In this document: positions 1 to 11,007 of the stretch, piece after piece | Layout of the letters: each line of letters begins with the position of its first letter | How positions within the stretch are numbered: the first letter of the stretch is position 1 | NCBI GenBank assembly: GCA_035457565.1 | Contig: DATIBJ010000063.1 | Location: forward strand, 10,384-74,383 | From: Pyrinomonadaceae bacterium | Lineage (GTDB): Bacteria > Acidobacteriota > Blastocatellia > Pyrinomonadales > Pyrinomonadaceae | Direction: 5' to 3' | DNA: 64,000 bases | Position numbers and translations under genes: made by a program | Notes under the pieces: model-generated | Database searches by the model: none | What the model was told of the DNA's origin: nothing | Seen by the model: the letters and a program-made list of their open reading frames with translations, nothing else

Positions 1-1280
1 AAAGCGATACCGCGCGCGTAGTGCCAGATGCCGCGGGCATATGGACTGAATTCCGGCGGCTCTGGTTCGCGCAACATCTCGTCCCATTTTCCGAAACGCG
101 TTAGCGCGTAGTACGGCACAACCCGAAATATAGCCATCAGTGAAACTTGTTTCAGGGCCTCGTCGGGAACCTTTGAAGCAGCCTTGCGGGCAGATTCAAT
201 CGCGAGCTTGCTCCGGCCATCAGCAGTAGCAGCGAACCACAGGAAATGAATGTTGTGTGGGTAGTAACCCATCGGGTAGAGACCCTGGGCGTTGCATTGC
301 GCGATATAGTCTTCATCGGCCTCAATCGCCATCAGATTACTGCGAGCTGCATCGGCATAGCGACCTACTCGTTGATAGATATGAGCGGGCATGTGGACCA
401 TATGCCCTGCCGCCGGCATCAACGTGAGCAGACGATCCGCAGCACCTTCAGCTTTATCGACTTTCTCGGTCGATTCCATGAGATGAATGTAAAGGTGCAG
501 CGCGCCGGGATGCAGCGGATTCTTCTCAATTACTTTCTCGATTACGGTGACGACTTCCGCCATCCCTTCGTAAGGCTGACCATCGCGGCTCCAATATCCC
601 CACGGACGGAGATCCATCATCGATTCCGCATAGAGCGTCGCCGCATCGAGATCGTCTGGAAATTGCTGGTGCAGTTTACGCATAGCGGCCGCATATGCCT
701 GATCGCGTTTGGCCCGATCGGCTGCATTACCTGAGTAGCGTTCGACAAGAGCATCAATGTAGGCCTGCTCGCGTGGCGAGGCCTTCGACTTAAGCGAAAC
801 CGCCTTCTTAATTAATTCGAGAGCACCGGGCTCGGCGTTTGGATCCATCAGAGCATTGATGTTTGGACCAAGCACGAGCGCCTGTCCCCAGTAGGCCATG
901 GCCAGGTTCGGATCTAATCGTGCTGCCTCTCGAAATGCCCTTCCCGCTTCCGCGTGGTTGAAAGCGTATGAAAGATTGAGGCCCTGATTGATAAATGCCT
1001 GCGCATCGCGGTTCGATGTAGTTACCGGAAATCTGTAATTGCCCAGTTTCAGCAAGCGCGGCGCCAGTGCCCCTGTTGGCCCAGGGCGGTCCTGTTCCGG
1101 TTTCTTGTAATGAACATGGCCGCCTCCCATTTTCGAGTCTTGGGCGAGCGTTATTTGTTGAGATACACCAAACGTCATGCCAATAATCATTACGATCACA
1201 AGCAGCCGGGCTGAAATGATAAAGCGAAGTAATCCTGACTTCTTCGGTGCATCTGTTTGTATTGAAGATATTGGATTCAT
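1..1280 (-). CDS. TPR-like repeat protein with N-terminal membrane anchor or signal (3' end lies beyond the window edge)
   Basis: Absent from the ORF track (no stop inside the window). Manual minus-strand translation from ATG 1280-1278 (MNPISSIQTDAPKKSGLLRFIISARLLVIVMIIGMTFG...AFREAARLDPNLAMAYWGQALVLGPN...) stays open to position 1. GGAGGAG RBS at 1288-1294. Confidence 0.6.
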   Translation of the reverse strand, partial: MNPISSIQTDAPKKSGLLRFIISARLLVIVMIIGMTFGVSQQITLAQDSKMGGGHVHYKKPEQDRPGPTGALAPRLLKLGNYRFPVTTSNRDAQAFINQGLNLSYAFNHAEAGRAFREAARLDPNLAMAYWGQALVLGPNINALMDPNAEPGALELIKKAVSLKSKASPREQAYIDALVERYSGNAADRAKRDQAYAAAMRKLHQQFPDDLDAATLYAESMMDLRPWGYWSRDGQPYEGMAEVVTVIEKVIEKNPLHPGALHLYIHLMESTEKVDKAEGAADRLLTLMPAAGHMVHMPAHIYQRVGRYADAARSNLMAIEADEDYIAQCNAQGLYPMGYYPHNIHFLWFAATADGRSKLAIESARKAASKVPDEALKQVSLMAIFRVVPYYALTRFGKWDEMLREPEPPEFSPYARGIWHYARGIA

Positions 1281-1520
1281 GGCGTATCTCCTCCTTCGAA
1301 AAACCTTGGGGATCCGGACCCGTCGGATGCGGATATTACCGCGGTGTTAAAGGTTGGCTCAAGCAGTTCTCACCCATCTCAACAGCATTCCCTCATATGC
1401 TAACGCGTAATTCAATGTAAGGAAGGTAACTGGAACTTGAAGATTAATTCCTACAGAATCGGGAGCGTTAGCAATCGGCCTGATCCTCGGGCTAGCCAGG
1501 TCGCCGGTCGCTACTGCTAC

Positions 1521-3320
<1,800 letters not shown>

Positions 3321-3328
3321 CTAGTTAT

Positions 3329-3491
<163 letters not shown>

Positions 3492-3496
3492 TGTCT

Positions 3497-3952
3497 TCAG
3501 TCGTTTATGTGCGCCTCGACATAGGCCCGGCCTTTCTCTTCCGTATTCATCTCCTGCATGAAATCGGTATTCTGGATGAGCCAACCAATATGGTCCTTCG
3601 CAAACTCCCGATAAGCCTCATTCGGCGTTCCATCGGCGTCGGTCAATCCGAGTTTCTTCCATACACGGACCATCGTCTCAGTATCTTTTGTCACAGTCGC
3701 AGCAAAATAAAGCTTGTGCTTGTCGTCATCAGACATGCTACTGCTGCTGTTTGGAGTAGTGTCGGAATTAGTGTCTGCGCTACTGGTATTAGAGTTAGAG
3801 TTAATATTGAAGTTGTAATTCGACTTTCGGGTTGAAAACGGAGTGGTTGTGCGCGAAAAATACCAAATCACGCCGCCGGCAATAGCCACCACAATTAAAC
3901 CGAGACATCCGGCGCCGCCACATCCGAGTGCAATCTTCTGGTTTCGATTCAT
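3497..3952 (-). CDS. Hypothetical membrane-anchored protein with N/S-rich low-complexity linker
   Basis: 151 aa. N-terminal hydrophobic helix (ALGCGGAGCLGLIVVAIAGGVIWYF), then NYNFNINSNSNTSS linker and a charged C-terminal domain. No family recognised. Confidence 0.5.
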   Translation of the reverse strand: MNRNQKIALGCGGAGCLGLIVVAIAGGVIWYFSRTTTPFSTRKSNYNFNINSNSNTSSADTNSDTTPNSSSSMSDDDKHKLYFAATVTKDTETMVRVWKKLGLTDADGTPNEAYREFAKDHIGWLIQNTDFMQEMNTEEKGRAYVEAHIND

Positions 3953-3966
3953 TCGTCACCTCTTAA

Positions 3967-4057
3967 CATTGATGATTGATGATTGATAATTGATGATTGA
4001 TGATTGATGATTTCAGTCACCAATCTTCAATCAACAATCTTCAATCTTCAATCTTCA
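3967..4057. repeat. Hairpin of TGATGAT words against CAATCTT words
   Basis: Left arm (ttgatga)n at 3967-4013, right arm (caatctt)n at 4018-4057. The arms are complementary at 6 of 7 positions per word (periodic mismatch). Confidence 0.85.
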
Positions 4058-4062
4058 GTGCC

Positions 4063-4938
4063 TTACTTCGTTTGCATCCATGAAATACAGCCTGTCAAAT
4101 GTCTTCGCATAGTCTCCACGTTATCGTGGTGTATATCACCATGTCCGGGTAGTACCCACTCAAAGTCGTAATCCAGCAGCTTCTTCATCGACTCAATCTG
4201 CTCACTCCATGAGTACCAGGCTACGCTGCGGAAAGCGGTGAGTGTATTTCTATTCGGGGACCATGCTAAATGATCGCCGGTAAAAAGAAACTTGCTGCGG
4301 TAAAGATAAACGACGTGGCCGCGAGTGTGACCTGGCGTTGGGATAGCAATCAAATCGTCATCAAGCTTGATCGGCTGCTGTCCTTCAAGAACCTGTTCGA
4401 CACCAAGGCGGCGCGCGCCATCAGCTGCATGCATGATGCGAGTGCAATCAAATCTTTCTCTGAACAATTCGTGATCGGCGATGTCGTCTCTGTGTGTTAG
4501 CAGCATTCGCTTCACCCCGCCCAGCGCTTCCACGCGTTTTATTAACTGCGTGGCAAATCGCGGCGAATCGATCAGAAGGTTGCCGCCTTCACTATCAGGT
4601 CGAGTAACAAGATAACTCCAACCTCCGAAGCTCGACTCTGAAGTAAATCCGCAGAAGTAGACGTTGTCATCGAGGTGAAGGGGAAAGGCGTCGATACCGA
4701 TCCGGGCATCGTGTTTTTCGGTCGTGCCGATTGAGCCTGTCGGACACGATACCAGCGCCATCATTGCGAGTTTGTTTTCTTCGAGCGTGGCCGGTTGGCG
4801 ATAAACGCTGCACTGCTCACCATGATCGCGGAAGACGGTAGGCGCGAGTTGGCTGCACGTGTCGCAATCGATACACGTGGAGTCGACGAAAAAATCGCCC
4901 GGCACGTTTTCCGGCAGACGCAGTTGTAGATTCGCCAT
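4063..4938 (-). CDS. 4Fe-4S ferredoxin domain fused to MBL-fold metallo-hydrolase
   Basis: 291 aa. N-terminus has CIDCDTC...CP cluster motif. MBL-like motifs follow: THRDDIADH, PTPGHTRGH, TGDH, LPGHG. Confidence 0.8.
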   Translation of the reverse strand: MANLQLRLPENVPGDFFVDSTCIDCDTCSQLAPTVFRDHGEQCSVYRQPATLEENKLAMMALVSCPTGSIGTTEKHDARIGIDAFPLHLDDNVYFCGFTSESSFGGWSYLVTRPDSEGGNLLIDSPRFATQLIKRVEALGGVKRMLLTHRDDIADHELFRERFDCTRIMHAADGARRLGVEQVLEGQQPIKLDDDLIAIPTPGHTRGHVVYLYRSKFLFTGDHLAWSPNRNTLTAFRSVAWYSWSEQIESMKKLLDYDFEWVLPGHGDIHHDNVETMRRHLTGCISWMQTK

Positions 4939-4959
4939 CGATCTGCATATTGGAGCATT

Positions 4960-5146
4960 GAGGGGTAAGGTTCAAGTGAGGGAAGAGGGAATATGGAAAG
5001 AGGGGAACTGAGGATTGATGATTGTTGATTGTTGATTGTTGATTGTCGTCAGCAATTGGCTAATTAACTTGGGATTGGCAATCGTCAATCTTCATTCATC
5101 AATCTTCAATCATCAATCTTCAATCATCAATCATTTCCCCTTTTCC
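4960..5146. repeat. Composite inverted repeat (G-rich GGGGAA-type outer words, GATTGTT/CAATCTT inner words)
   Basis: gaggggtaagg...gaaagaggggaactgaggattgatgattgttgattgttgattgttgattg faces caatcgtcaatcttcattcatcaatcttcaatcatcaatcttcaatcatcaatcatttccccttttcc. Confidence 0.8.
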
Positions 5147-5157
5147 AGTTTCGCTCG

Positions 5158-6582
5158 TTAAAGATCAAACTCATTAATTAGCCGGTGAAGATACGACCGA
5201 CTAATACCCAGTCGCTTGGCGGCAGCGACCTTGTTGCCGTTTTCAGCATTCAAGGCGTTAACAATCATTCGTCGCTTGAGAGCAATAACGGCGCCTTCCA
5301 GACTTGATTCGTCAACTGCACCATCAGTTAACGGAACTGAGCGCAACATCTTCTCCGGAACGAACTCGAGTCCTAAACAGGGAGAGCGCTCAAGCACCAC
5401 TAGCCGTTCGATCAGATTCTCCAGCTCGCGAACGTTGCCCGGCCACTCGTAATCCTGCAAGACGTCCAGCAGTATCGGATCGATTTGTGGAGTTGGTCGT
5501 GAATGTTTCTGTGCAGCCTTCTCAGCAAAGTGCGCCGCCAGCATCGGAATATCGTCCTGACGTTCTCTTAGCGGTGGCAGCAATAACGGAACAACATTCA
5601 GCCTGTAGAACAGATCCTGCCGGAACCGCGACTCTTCTACTTCCTTTTCCAGATCTCTATTGCTCGCTGCAATCAAACGAATGTCAACCGTAAGCGTCTT
5701 CGTACCGCCAACTCGTTCGAACGCTCGCTCCTGCAACACACGCAGCAACTTCACTTGAATTGCGGGACTCAACTCGCCGACCTCATCAAGGAACAATGTC
5801 CCGCCATCGGCCAGCTCAAAACGTCCCTTGCGCGACTGGGTTGCGTTTGTGAATGCGCCTTTTTCATGTCCGAACAATTCGGATTCAATCAACGTCTCCG
5901 GAAGCGCCGCACAACTCACCGCCACAAATGGGCCGGCAGACCGGGCACTCTCAGCATGAATCGCGCGCGCAAGCATTTCCTTGCCCGTGCCATTCTCACC
6001 AGTCAGCAAAACTGTCGCCGTCGTTGTTGCAACAGAGCGCGCCTGTTTCAAAACATTTTCCAGCGCCTGGCTCGTACCGAAGAGATTCGAAAAACCCGGT
6101 GGGCGCCCGAGCTGATTCCGCAAACGTCGATTCTCGATTTCGAGTTTGCGGAGCCGCGCTGCCTGATTGACGATGTGCAACACTTCGTCTGGATCGAGTG
6201 GCTTCTCAAAGAACCCGTACGCACCTCTGCTGACTGCTTCGAGCGACGCTCGTCGCGCATCGCTGCCCGTAATCACCACAACCTGCAAAGGCGGATCCGG
6301 ACTACGCGCCGCTTCAATTAAGGCGAGACCTTCGGCGATGTCGTCGATGCGTGGCGGTAAGTGCAAATCCGTGACGACTACGTCGATCTGTTGTTCGTCA
6401 ACTAACCGAGTCGCTTCTTCACGCGAGCTGGCTTGCAGCACACGATACTCCGAGCTCAGCGCCCAATAAAGACCGCTGCGAATCGCGTCGTCATCATCGA
6501 CGACCAAAACAGTTCCTTTGACTTGAGGTTGCTCAGTCATTCGTTCTGTTGACGTACCACTCCCCCGGACCGCATGAAACAC
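5158..6582 (-). CDS. Sigma-54-interacting response regulator (NtrC/Fis family)
   Basis: Receiver domain (LVVDDDD, VVVTDLHLP), AAA+ Walker A GENGTGKE, GAFTNA in place of GAFTGA, C-terminal Fis-type HTH (AAAKRLGISRSYLHRLI). The likelier start is ATG at 6540 (MTEQPQ...). Confidence 0.9.
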   Translation of the reverse strand: MFHAVRGSGTSTERMTEQPQVKGTVLVVDDDDAIRSGLYWALSSEYRVLQASSREEATRLVDEQQIDVVVTDLHLPPRIDDIAEGLALIEAARSPDPPLQVVVITGSDARRASLEAVSRGAYGFFEKPLDPDEVLHIVNQAARLRKLEIENRRLRNQLGRPPGFSNLFGTSQALENVLKQARSVATTTATVLLTGENGTGKEMLARAIHAESARSAGPFVAVSCAALPETLIESELFGHEKGAFTNATQSRKGRFELADGGTLFLDEVGELSPAIQVKLLRVLQERAFERVGGTKTLTVDIRLIAASNRDLEKEVEESRFRQDLFYRLNVVPLLLPPLRERQDDIPMLAAHFAEKAAQKHSRPTPQIDPILLDVLQDYEWPGNVRELENLIERLVVLERSPCLGLEFVPEKMLRSVPLTDGAVDESSLEGAVIALKRRMIVNALNAENGNKVAAAKRLGISRSYLHRLINEFDL

Positions 6583-6692
6583 ATCGATGTGTACAGGTAC
6601 CTAAGCGGGGTCGGAACCGCTATTAGCGAGGTCAGTTTGCGAGGGTCGCCTTCGTGGGCGACCTTCACTGTCGTCCGTCTGAATGGTTCTTG

Positions 6693-6722
6693 AAAAAAAG
6701 TAGAGGAGCTTGCCGCGCTCCG
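6693..6722 (-). terminator. Possible intrinsic terminator after the histidine kinase gene
   Basis: Minus strand reads GGAGC-GCGGCAA-GCTCC-TCTAC-TTTTTTT, 22 nt past the kinase stop. The stem is short and there is a 5-nt spacer before the T-run. Confidence 0.35.
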
Positions 6723-6743
6723 TGCCGATAAGTGGATAAGAAC

Positions 6744-8534
6744 CTATCCGGCATCGGATGGTAGCATGATGCGAAAAGTCGTTCCAACGCCCTCAACCGA
6801 ATCGACTTCAATTGTGCCGCCGCTCGCCACAACGACCTCCCGGCAGGTGTAGAGGCCAAGTCCAACTCCGGCTTGCTTCGTCGTTCGAAACGGACGAAAC
6901 AGATTCTCTTCCAAAAACGACTTGCTCATCCCACATCCGGTATCGCTAACAGTGATTAAAGCCTGCCCCTCCGGGGTTGTCTCTGCTGCGATCGTGAGCG
7001 TTCCGCGTTTCTCTGTCATTGCTTCGAGCGCGTTCAGGATCAGGTTTTCGAAAACCTCGTGGATCCGATCTGTATCGACTACCGCAAATAAGTTCGAAGG
7101 AAGCTTCACATCAAGCGTGTGGCGATCGGCTGCGGGTTGAGCTGTCTCCTTTACCGCTCGCTGCAGAATTGGAGCAATGTCAGTACGCCTCGGCATTTTC
7201 TGTTCACCGCTCAAACTGGTGACCGGCCGCGAGAGGCGCGCGACTAATGCTCTTAGTTTGTTAGTCGCACTTGTCAGTGACTTCATTGCGTCGACCCGAA
7301 ACTGCTCATTGTGGAAGTGGCGTTCCATGTTCGAAACGATCAACGACAGTGCCTCGATCGCATTTTTCAAGTCGTGCGTTAGCATCGCGGAAAGGCGGAA
7401 GAAGGATTCAAATTGGCGTGCTTCAGCTTCGCGCGTGTACTGGGCGCGCATGCGTTCGGCGAGGATGTTCAAGTTATCAGCCATTGAGCGCGCGTCGTCA
7501 CTCGAGCGAACTTCAACCCGCTGATCCAACTCGCCCTTCGCAACAGCATTCAGGGCTTGGTTAACTCGAACAATTCCACTCGATCGGCGTCGAGCCTCAC
7601 GATCAATCAATAGCGCCAGCACGAATGCCACGGCAACAGCAACGGCGAGGCCGGCGATTCCCCAGCGATGCGCACTCGAAGCGACTGCTGACCTGTCGCG
7701 ACCAATGGCGATCTCGATATTCAGTCGTGGCAAGGGCGCGAAAGCGACGACGTAGTCACCTCCATTCTCAACTTGCAAGCGACGAGTTCCACTCCCGAGC
7801 GACCTGGCTATGTCAACTAATTGCGGAAAGACGTTGCGCATTGACTGTCCGTCGAGCGAACGTTGCGTGTGATGAAGAACTCGTTCGCTGTTGTCCCACG
7901 CGACGACAAGAGTTTCCTTCGACGGATCACTCTGCGCGCTTGCAAAACCGCCGGCCCGATCCACCAGGATTTCTGAGAGGTCCAATTCACCGAGCAAGAT
8001 GGCTCCGCCCGCCTTGCTATCGTCGCTGTAGATTGGCGACGCATAGCGCCACACGGAAGTATTAGATACCTGCGAGAATTGTTGGCCTTGCTGCACGTCG
8101 GGCGGAAATGTTTGCGGTTTAAAATCCCTTGTGCGAATGACGACGCCTGCATCAGCTGCTTGTAAAGACCGTTCTGCTTGTAAGCGTAAGACACGATTCT
8201 GATCGAATAGTCTTAACCGGAATAAAGAACCATTTCGACCCAGCGCCGAAGCAAAATCTGCAGCAAGAGAAGGTGGAGGCTGATCTATCGAGGATTGAGT
8301 TCCGATGGCTAAAAACTCGGTAACGGTTTTAGCAGATGCGAGTCGACGTATTTCAGCTTCCTGCTGCTGCACTCGTCTATCGACATCGGCGGTAAGGTTG
8401 TTTAGATCGCGTTGCGCTGCATCGGCGACTGCCTGATCGACAATTCGCAGACCAATCCAATAGGTAAGTACCGCAAGAACCATCAGCGGTATCAGGCATA
8501 GTAAGAGGTAAGTGAGAAAACCTCTGCGTCTCAT
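6744..8534 (-). CDS. Sensor histidine kinase (TM, periplasmic-type sensor, HAMP, HisKA, HATPase)
   Basis: 596 aa. N-terminal TM helix, second TM before a HAMP-like segment, H-box LTHDLKN, G-boxes DTGCGM and GVGLGLY. Confidence 0.9.
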   Translation of the reverse strand: MRRRGFLTYLLLCLIPLMVLAVLTYWIGLRIVDQAVADAAQRDLNNLTADVDRRVQQQEAEIRRLASAKTVTEFLAIGTQSSIDQPPPSLAADFASALGRNGSLFRLRLFDQNRVLRLQAERSLQAADAGVVIRTRDFKPQTFPPDVQQGQQFSQVSNTSVWRYASPIYSDDSKAGGAILLGELDLSEILVDRAGGFASAQSDPSKETLVVAWDNSERVLHHTQRSLDGQSMRNVFPQLVDIARSLGSGTRRLQVENGGDYVVAFAPLPRLNIEIAIGRDRSAVASSAHRWGIAGLAVAVAVAFVLALLIDREARRRSSGIVRVNQALNAVAKGELDQRVEVRSSDDARSMADNLNILAERMRAQYTREAEARQFESFFRLSAMLTHDLKNAIEALSLIVSNMERHFHNEQFRVDAMKSLTSATNKLRALVARLSRPVTSLSGEQKMPRRTDIAPILQRAVKETAQPAADRHTLDVKLPSNLFAVVDTDRIHEVFENLILNALEAMTEKRGTLTIAAETTPEGQALITVSDTGCGMSKSFLEENLFRPFRTTKQAGVGLGLYTCREVVVASGGTIEVDSVEGVGTTFRIMLPSDAG

Positions 8535-8564
8535 TGGCCCATAAGCTGCGAATCTTCGGAATCA

Positions 8565-8595
8565 AAATACCACCTGTTTTATAAGGGTGGTATTT
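8565..8595 (-). terminator. Hairpin plus U-tract after the IMPase-family gene
   Basis: 10-bp stem aaataccacc/ggtggtattt with an 11-nt loop. On the minus strand it is followed by ATTTTGATT. Lies 20 nt past the stop at 8615. Confidence 0.5.
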
Positions 8596-8614
8596 CGAAC
8601 CCACAATCGAATAA

Positions 8615-9490
8615 CTAGACAGGCTTGCGTCCAAACTCCGCAAGCAGTGGTGCGAGGGATTTAATAACCTGTTCGTGTGCGGCGCCGTTCGTCGCCACTA
8701 GTCCATTTCGATTTTGCACGTCGGGTACGTTGTAGCTTAACGGCTTTCCGAACAGATCCGTTAGTTGCCCGCCAGCTTCGGTCAACACCAGTTGCGGCGC
8801 ACACGTGTCCCATTGCTTGGTTCGTGGCGAAAGATGAATGTAGACATCACACTGCTGTTCAATAATCAGCCCGACTTTAATACCAACTGAACCGCGTTGC
8901 ACTTCTTCCTGAAAGCCGAGGCTCGTCACAACTCGATTCATGCGCGGACTGCGATGCGAGCGACTCGCAGCCAAACGCATTTCACCGAGCTGCTTGTGAT
9001 CAGAAACTCTTGCACGTTCAGCTGAAAAGTTGGGACGTTCAATCCAGCTACCGCCGCCACGCGCAGCGCGATACAGCACTCCCGTCAGTGGCTGGTAGAC
9101 GACAGCGACGACGCACTCGCCGTTTTCAACTAAGCCAATTTGGACCGCAAAGTCACCGTTGCCCTGAATGAATCCGGTGGTGCCGTCAAGAGGATCAACC
9201 ATCCACACTCGTCGTTTTTCCAGCCGACGATCGGTATCGATTGATTCTTCAGCAAGAATTCCGTCGTGCGGGAATTCAGCGGTCAAGCGATCGACGATGA
9301 TCTTATTAGCCAGACGATCAGCTTCAGTGACGGGCTCGTAATCATCGGCGTAACTCTTCTGCTGAACGTCGAGTGGCCCTTTGTAGAGGCTCAGAATTGC
9401 AGCACCCGCTTCCCGCGCGAGATCTATTGCTACTCGAAGTTCGAGATCGTAGTTACCCTTGGGACTGATCATGACATCCACTGAAATCAT
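8615..9490 (-). CDS. Inositol monophosphatase family protein (CysQ/SuhB-like phosphatase)
   Basis: 291 aa. Motifs ILAEES, WMVDPLDGT, WDTCAPQLVLTEAGG. The start overlaps the decarboxylase stop (ATGA at 9487-9490). Confidence 0.85.
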   Translation of the reverse strand: MISVDVMISPKGNYDLELRVAIDLAREAGAAILSLYKGPLDVQQKSYADDYEPVTEADRLANKIIVDRLTAEFPHDGILAEESIDTDRRLEKRRVWMVDPLDGTTGFIQGNGDFAVQIGLVENGECVVAVVYQPLTGVLYRAARGGGSWIERPNFSAERARVSDHKQLGEMRLAASRSHRSPRMNRVVTSLGFQEEVQRGSVGIKVGLIIEQQCDVYIHLSPRTKQWDTCAPQLVLTEAGGQLTDLFGKPLSYNVPDVQNRNGLVATNGAAHEQVIKSLAPLLAEFGRKPV

Positions 9491-11007
9491 GTTGCATCAC
9501 ACTCCAAAGCTGCTTCTCGAATGATCTCCACAGTCTCTTCGATATCCGCTTTCGTCGTTCTGAAATTTGTGATGCATGCGCGTAACGCGAAGCGTCCACG
9601 AACATTCGCGTTCGATAGATAGGCTCTTCCGCCTGTTTGCACCTTATTCATGATGCGGGCATTCAATTGATTTAGCCGTTCATTGATCGCCTGCGCGTCG
9701 GTTTCGCTCCCTGTGCTCAGCTCTCCTCTCAAGTCGTGAGGAACGTAACGGAAACAACAGATACTCAGCTCGACGGGCGACAGTAGCTCGAAGTCTTCTG
9801 CCCGATCGACAAGCTCGCCGAGATACGCAGCGAGCTTCATATCATCACCAATCGCCGCGGCAATCTTTCGCGTTCCGTAGTAGCGGAGAGTCAGCCAAAC
9901 TTTTAACGCGCGAAATCGGCGTGATAGTTCGACACCGTAGTCCCAGAATGCAAAGGCTTCGTCGTCAGCGTACCCGTGTCGCTTGATGTAATCCGCATCC
10001 TGGCTACTGAACGTTCCGCGAAAAGTTTCGTCATCGCGAAATAGTAAGCAACCGGCGTCGACCGGCACATACAGCCATTTGTGTGGATCGAGCGACAACG
10101 AATCTGCGCGTTCCATTCCACGAAAGAGATCTTTCTTCTCTTCATTCAGAACGGCTGGAGCGCCATACGCGCCGTCAATATGAAACCAGAGATCATATTC
10201 GCGTGCGACATCCGCAATTTGGTCCAATGGATCAACGACACCGGTGCCGACCGTTCCCGCACTACCTACAACGCAAAACGGTCGCAACTCTTTCGCCAGA
10301 TCGGCCTGAATCGCACGGCGCAGATCTTCGACATTCATGCGCAGGCTCTCGTCGCATTTGATTGTTCGGACGTTGTCTCGACCCAAACCGAGAATGTCAG
10401 CTGCTTTTGGCACTGACATGTGCACTTCCTCGGAGACGTAAAGCGTTAGCGGCGCACCACAATTCCACAAACCACTATTTGAAACGTTATGACCACTCCG
10501 CCGGCGACTCGCGGTAAGAATGGCGATCATGTTGGCCATCGAACCGCCACTGGTTAGCAACCCGCGCGCGTCGCTGTCGTAGCCGATAAGTGAACCGAGC
10601 CAACGGACCACGACCTTTTCGATCTCAGTTCCACCAGGCGCCGAGCGCCAACAAGTAATGTTCGAATTGAATGCCGATCCGATTAGATCCGCATAAGCAC
10701 CGATCGGCGTCGAAGGTGAAGCCACGTAACCGAAGAACCTTGGATGTCCGTTGTGCCGACTCAACTCAATCACGGTTCGACATTCATCGAGAAGCTTCTC
10801 GAGAGACTCTCCTTCAACCCTCAGTTCGGTATCGATCAGCGTGTTTAGTTTGCCCGCGTATGTATCCGGAAACACGCGTCGCTCGGAGATGGTGCTGAAG
10901 TACTGAGTAACCAACTCTGTCGCCTGGGCAGATAGTTGATCGATAGCTTCGCGAGAGAGATCGAGAGACGAACTGCGTTTGTTATCGGAAGGCTCGACTC
11001 GACTCAT
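9487..11007 (-). CDS. Group II pyridoxal-dependent amino-acid decarboxylase
   Basis: 506 aa. HPRFFGYV, TSGGSMANM, PLP-lysine context SLDPHKWLYVP. ATGA overlap with the cupin stop at 11004-11007. Confidence 0.9.
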   Translation of the reverse strand: MSRVEPSDNKRSSSLDLSREAIDQLSAQATELVTQYFSTISERRVFPDTYAGKLNTLIDTELRVEGESLEKLLDECRTVIELSRHNGHPRFFGYVASPSTPIGAYADLIGSAFNSNITCWRSAPGGTEIEKVVVRWLGSLIGYDSDARGLLTSGGSMANMIAILTASRRRSGHNVSNSGLWNCGAPLTLYVSEEVHMSVPKAADILGLGRDNVRTIKCDESLRMNVEDLRRAIQADLAKELRPFCVVGSAGTVGTGVVDPLDQIADVAREYDLWFHIDGAYGAPAVLNEEKKDLFRGMERADSLSLDPHKWLYVPVDAGCLLFRDDETFRGTFSSQDADYIKRHGYADDEAFAFWDYGVELSRRFRALKVWLTLRYYGTRKIAAAIGDDMKLAAYLGELVDRAEDFELLSPVELSICCFRYVPHDLRGELSTGSETDAQAINERLNQLNARIMNKVQTGGRAYLSNANVRGRFALRACITNFRTTKADIEETVEIIREAALECDAT

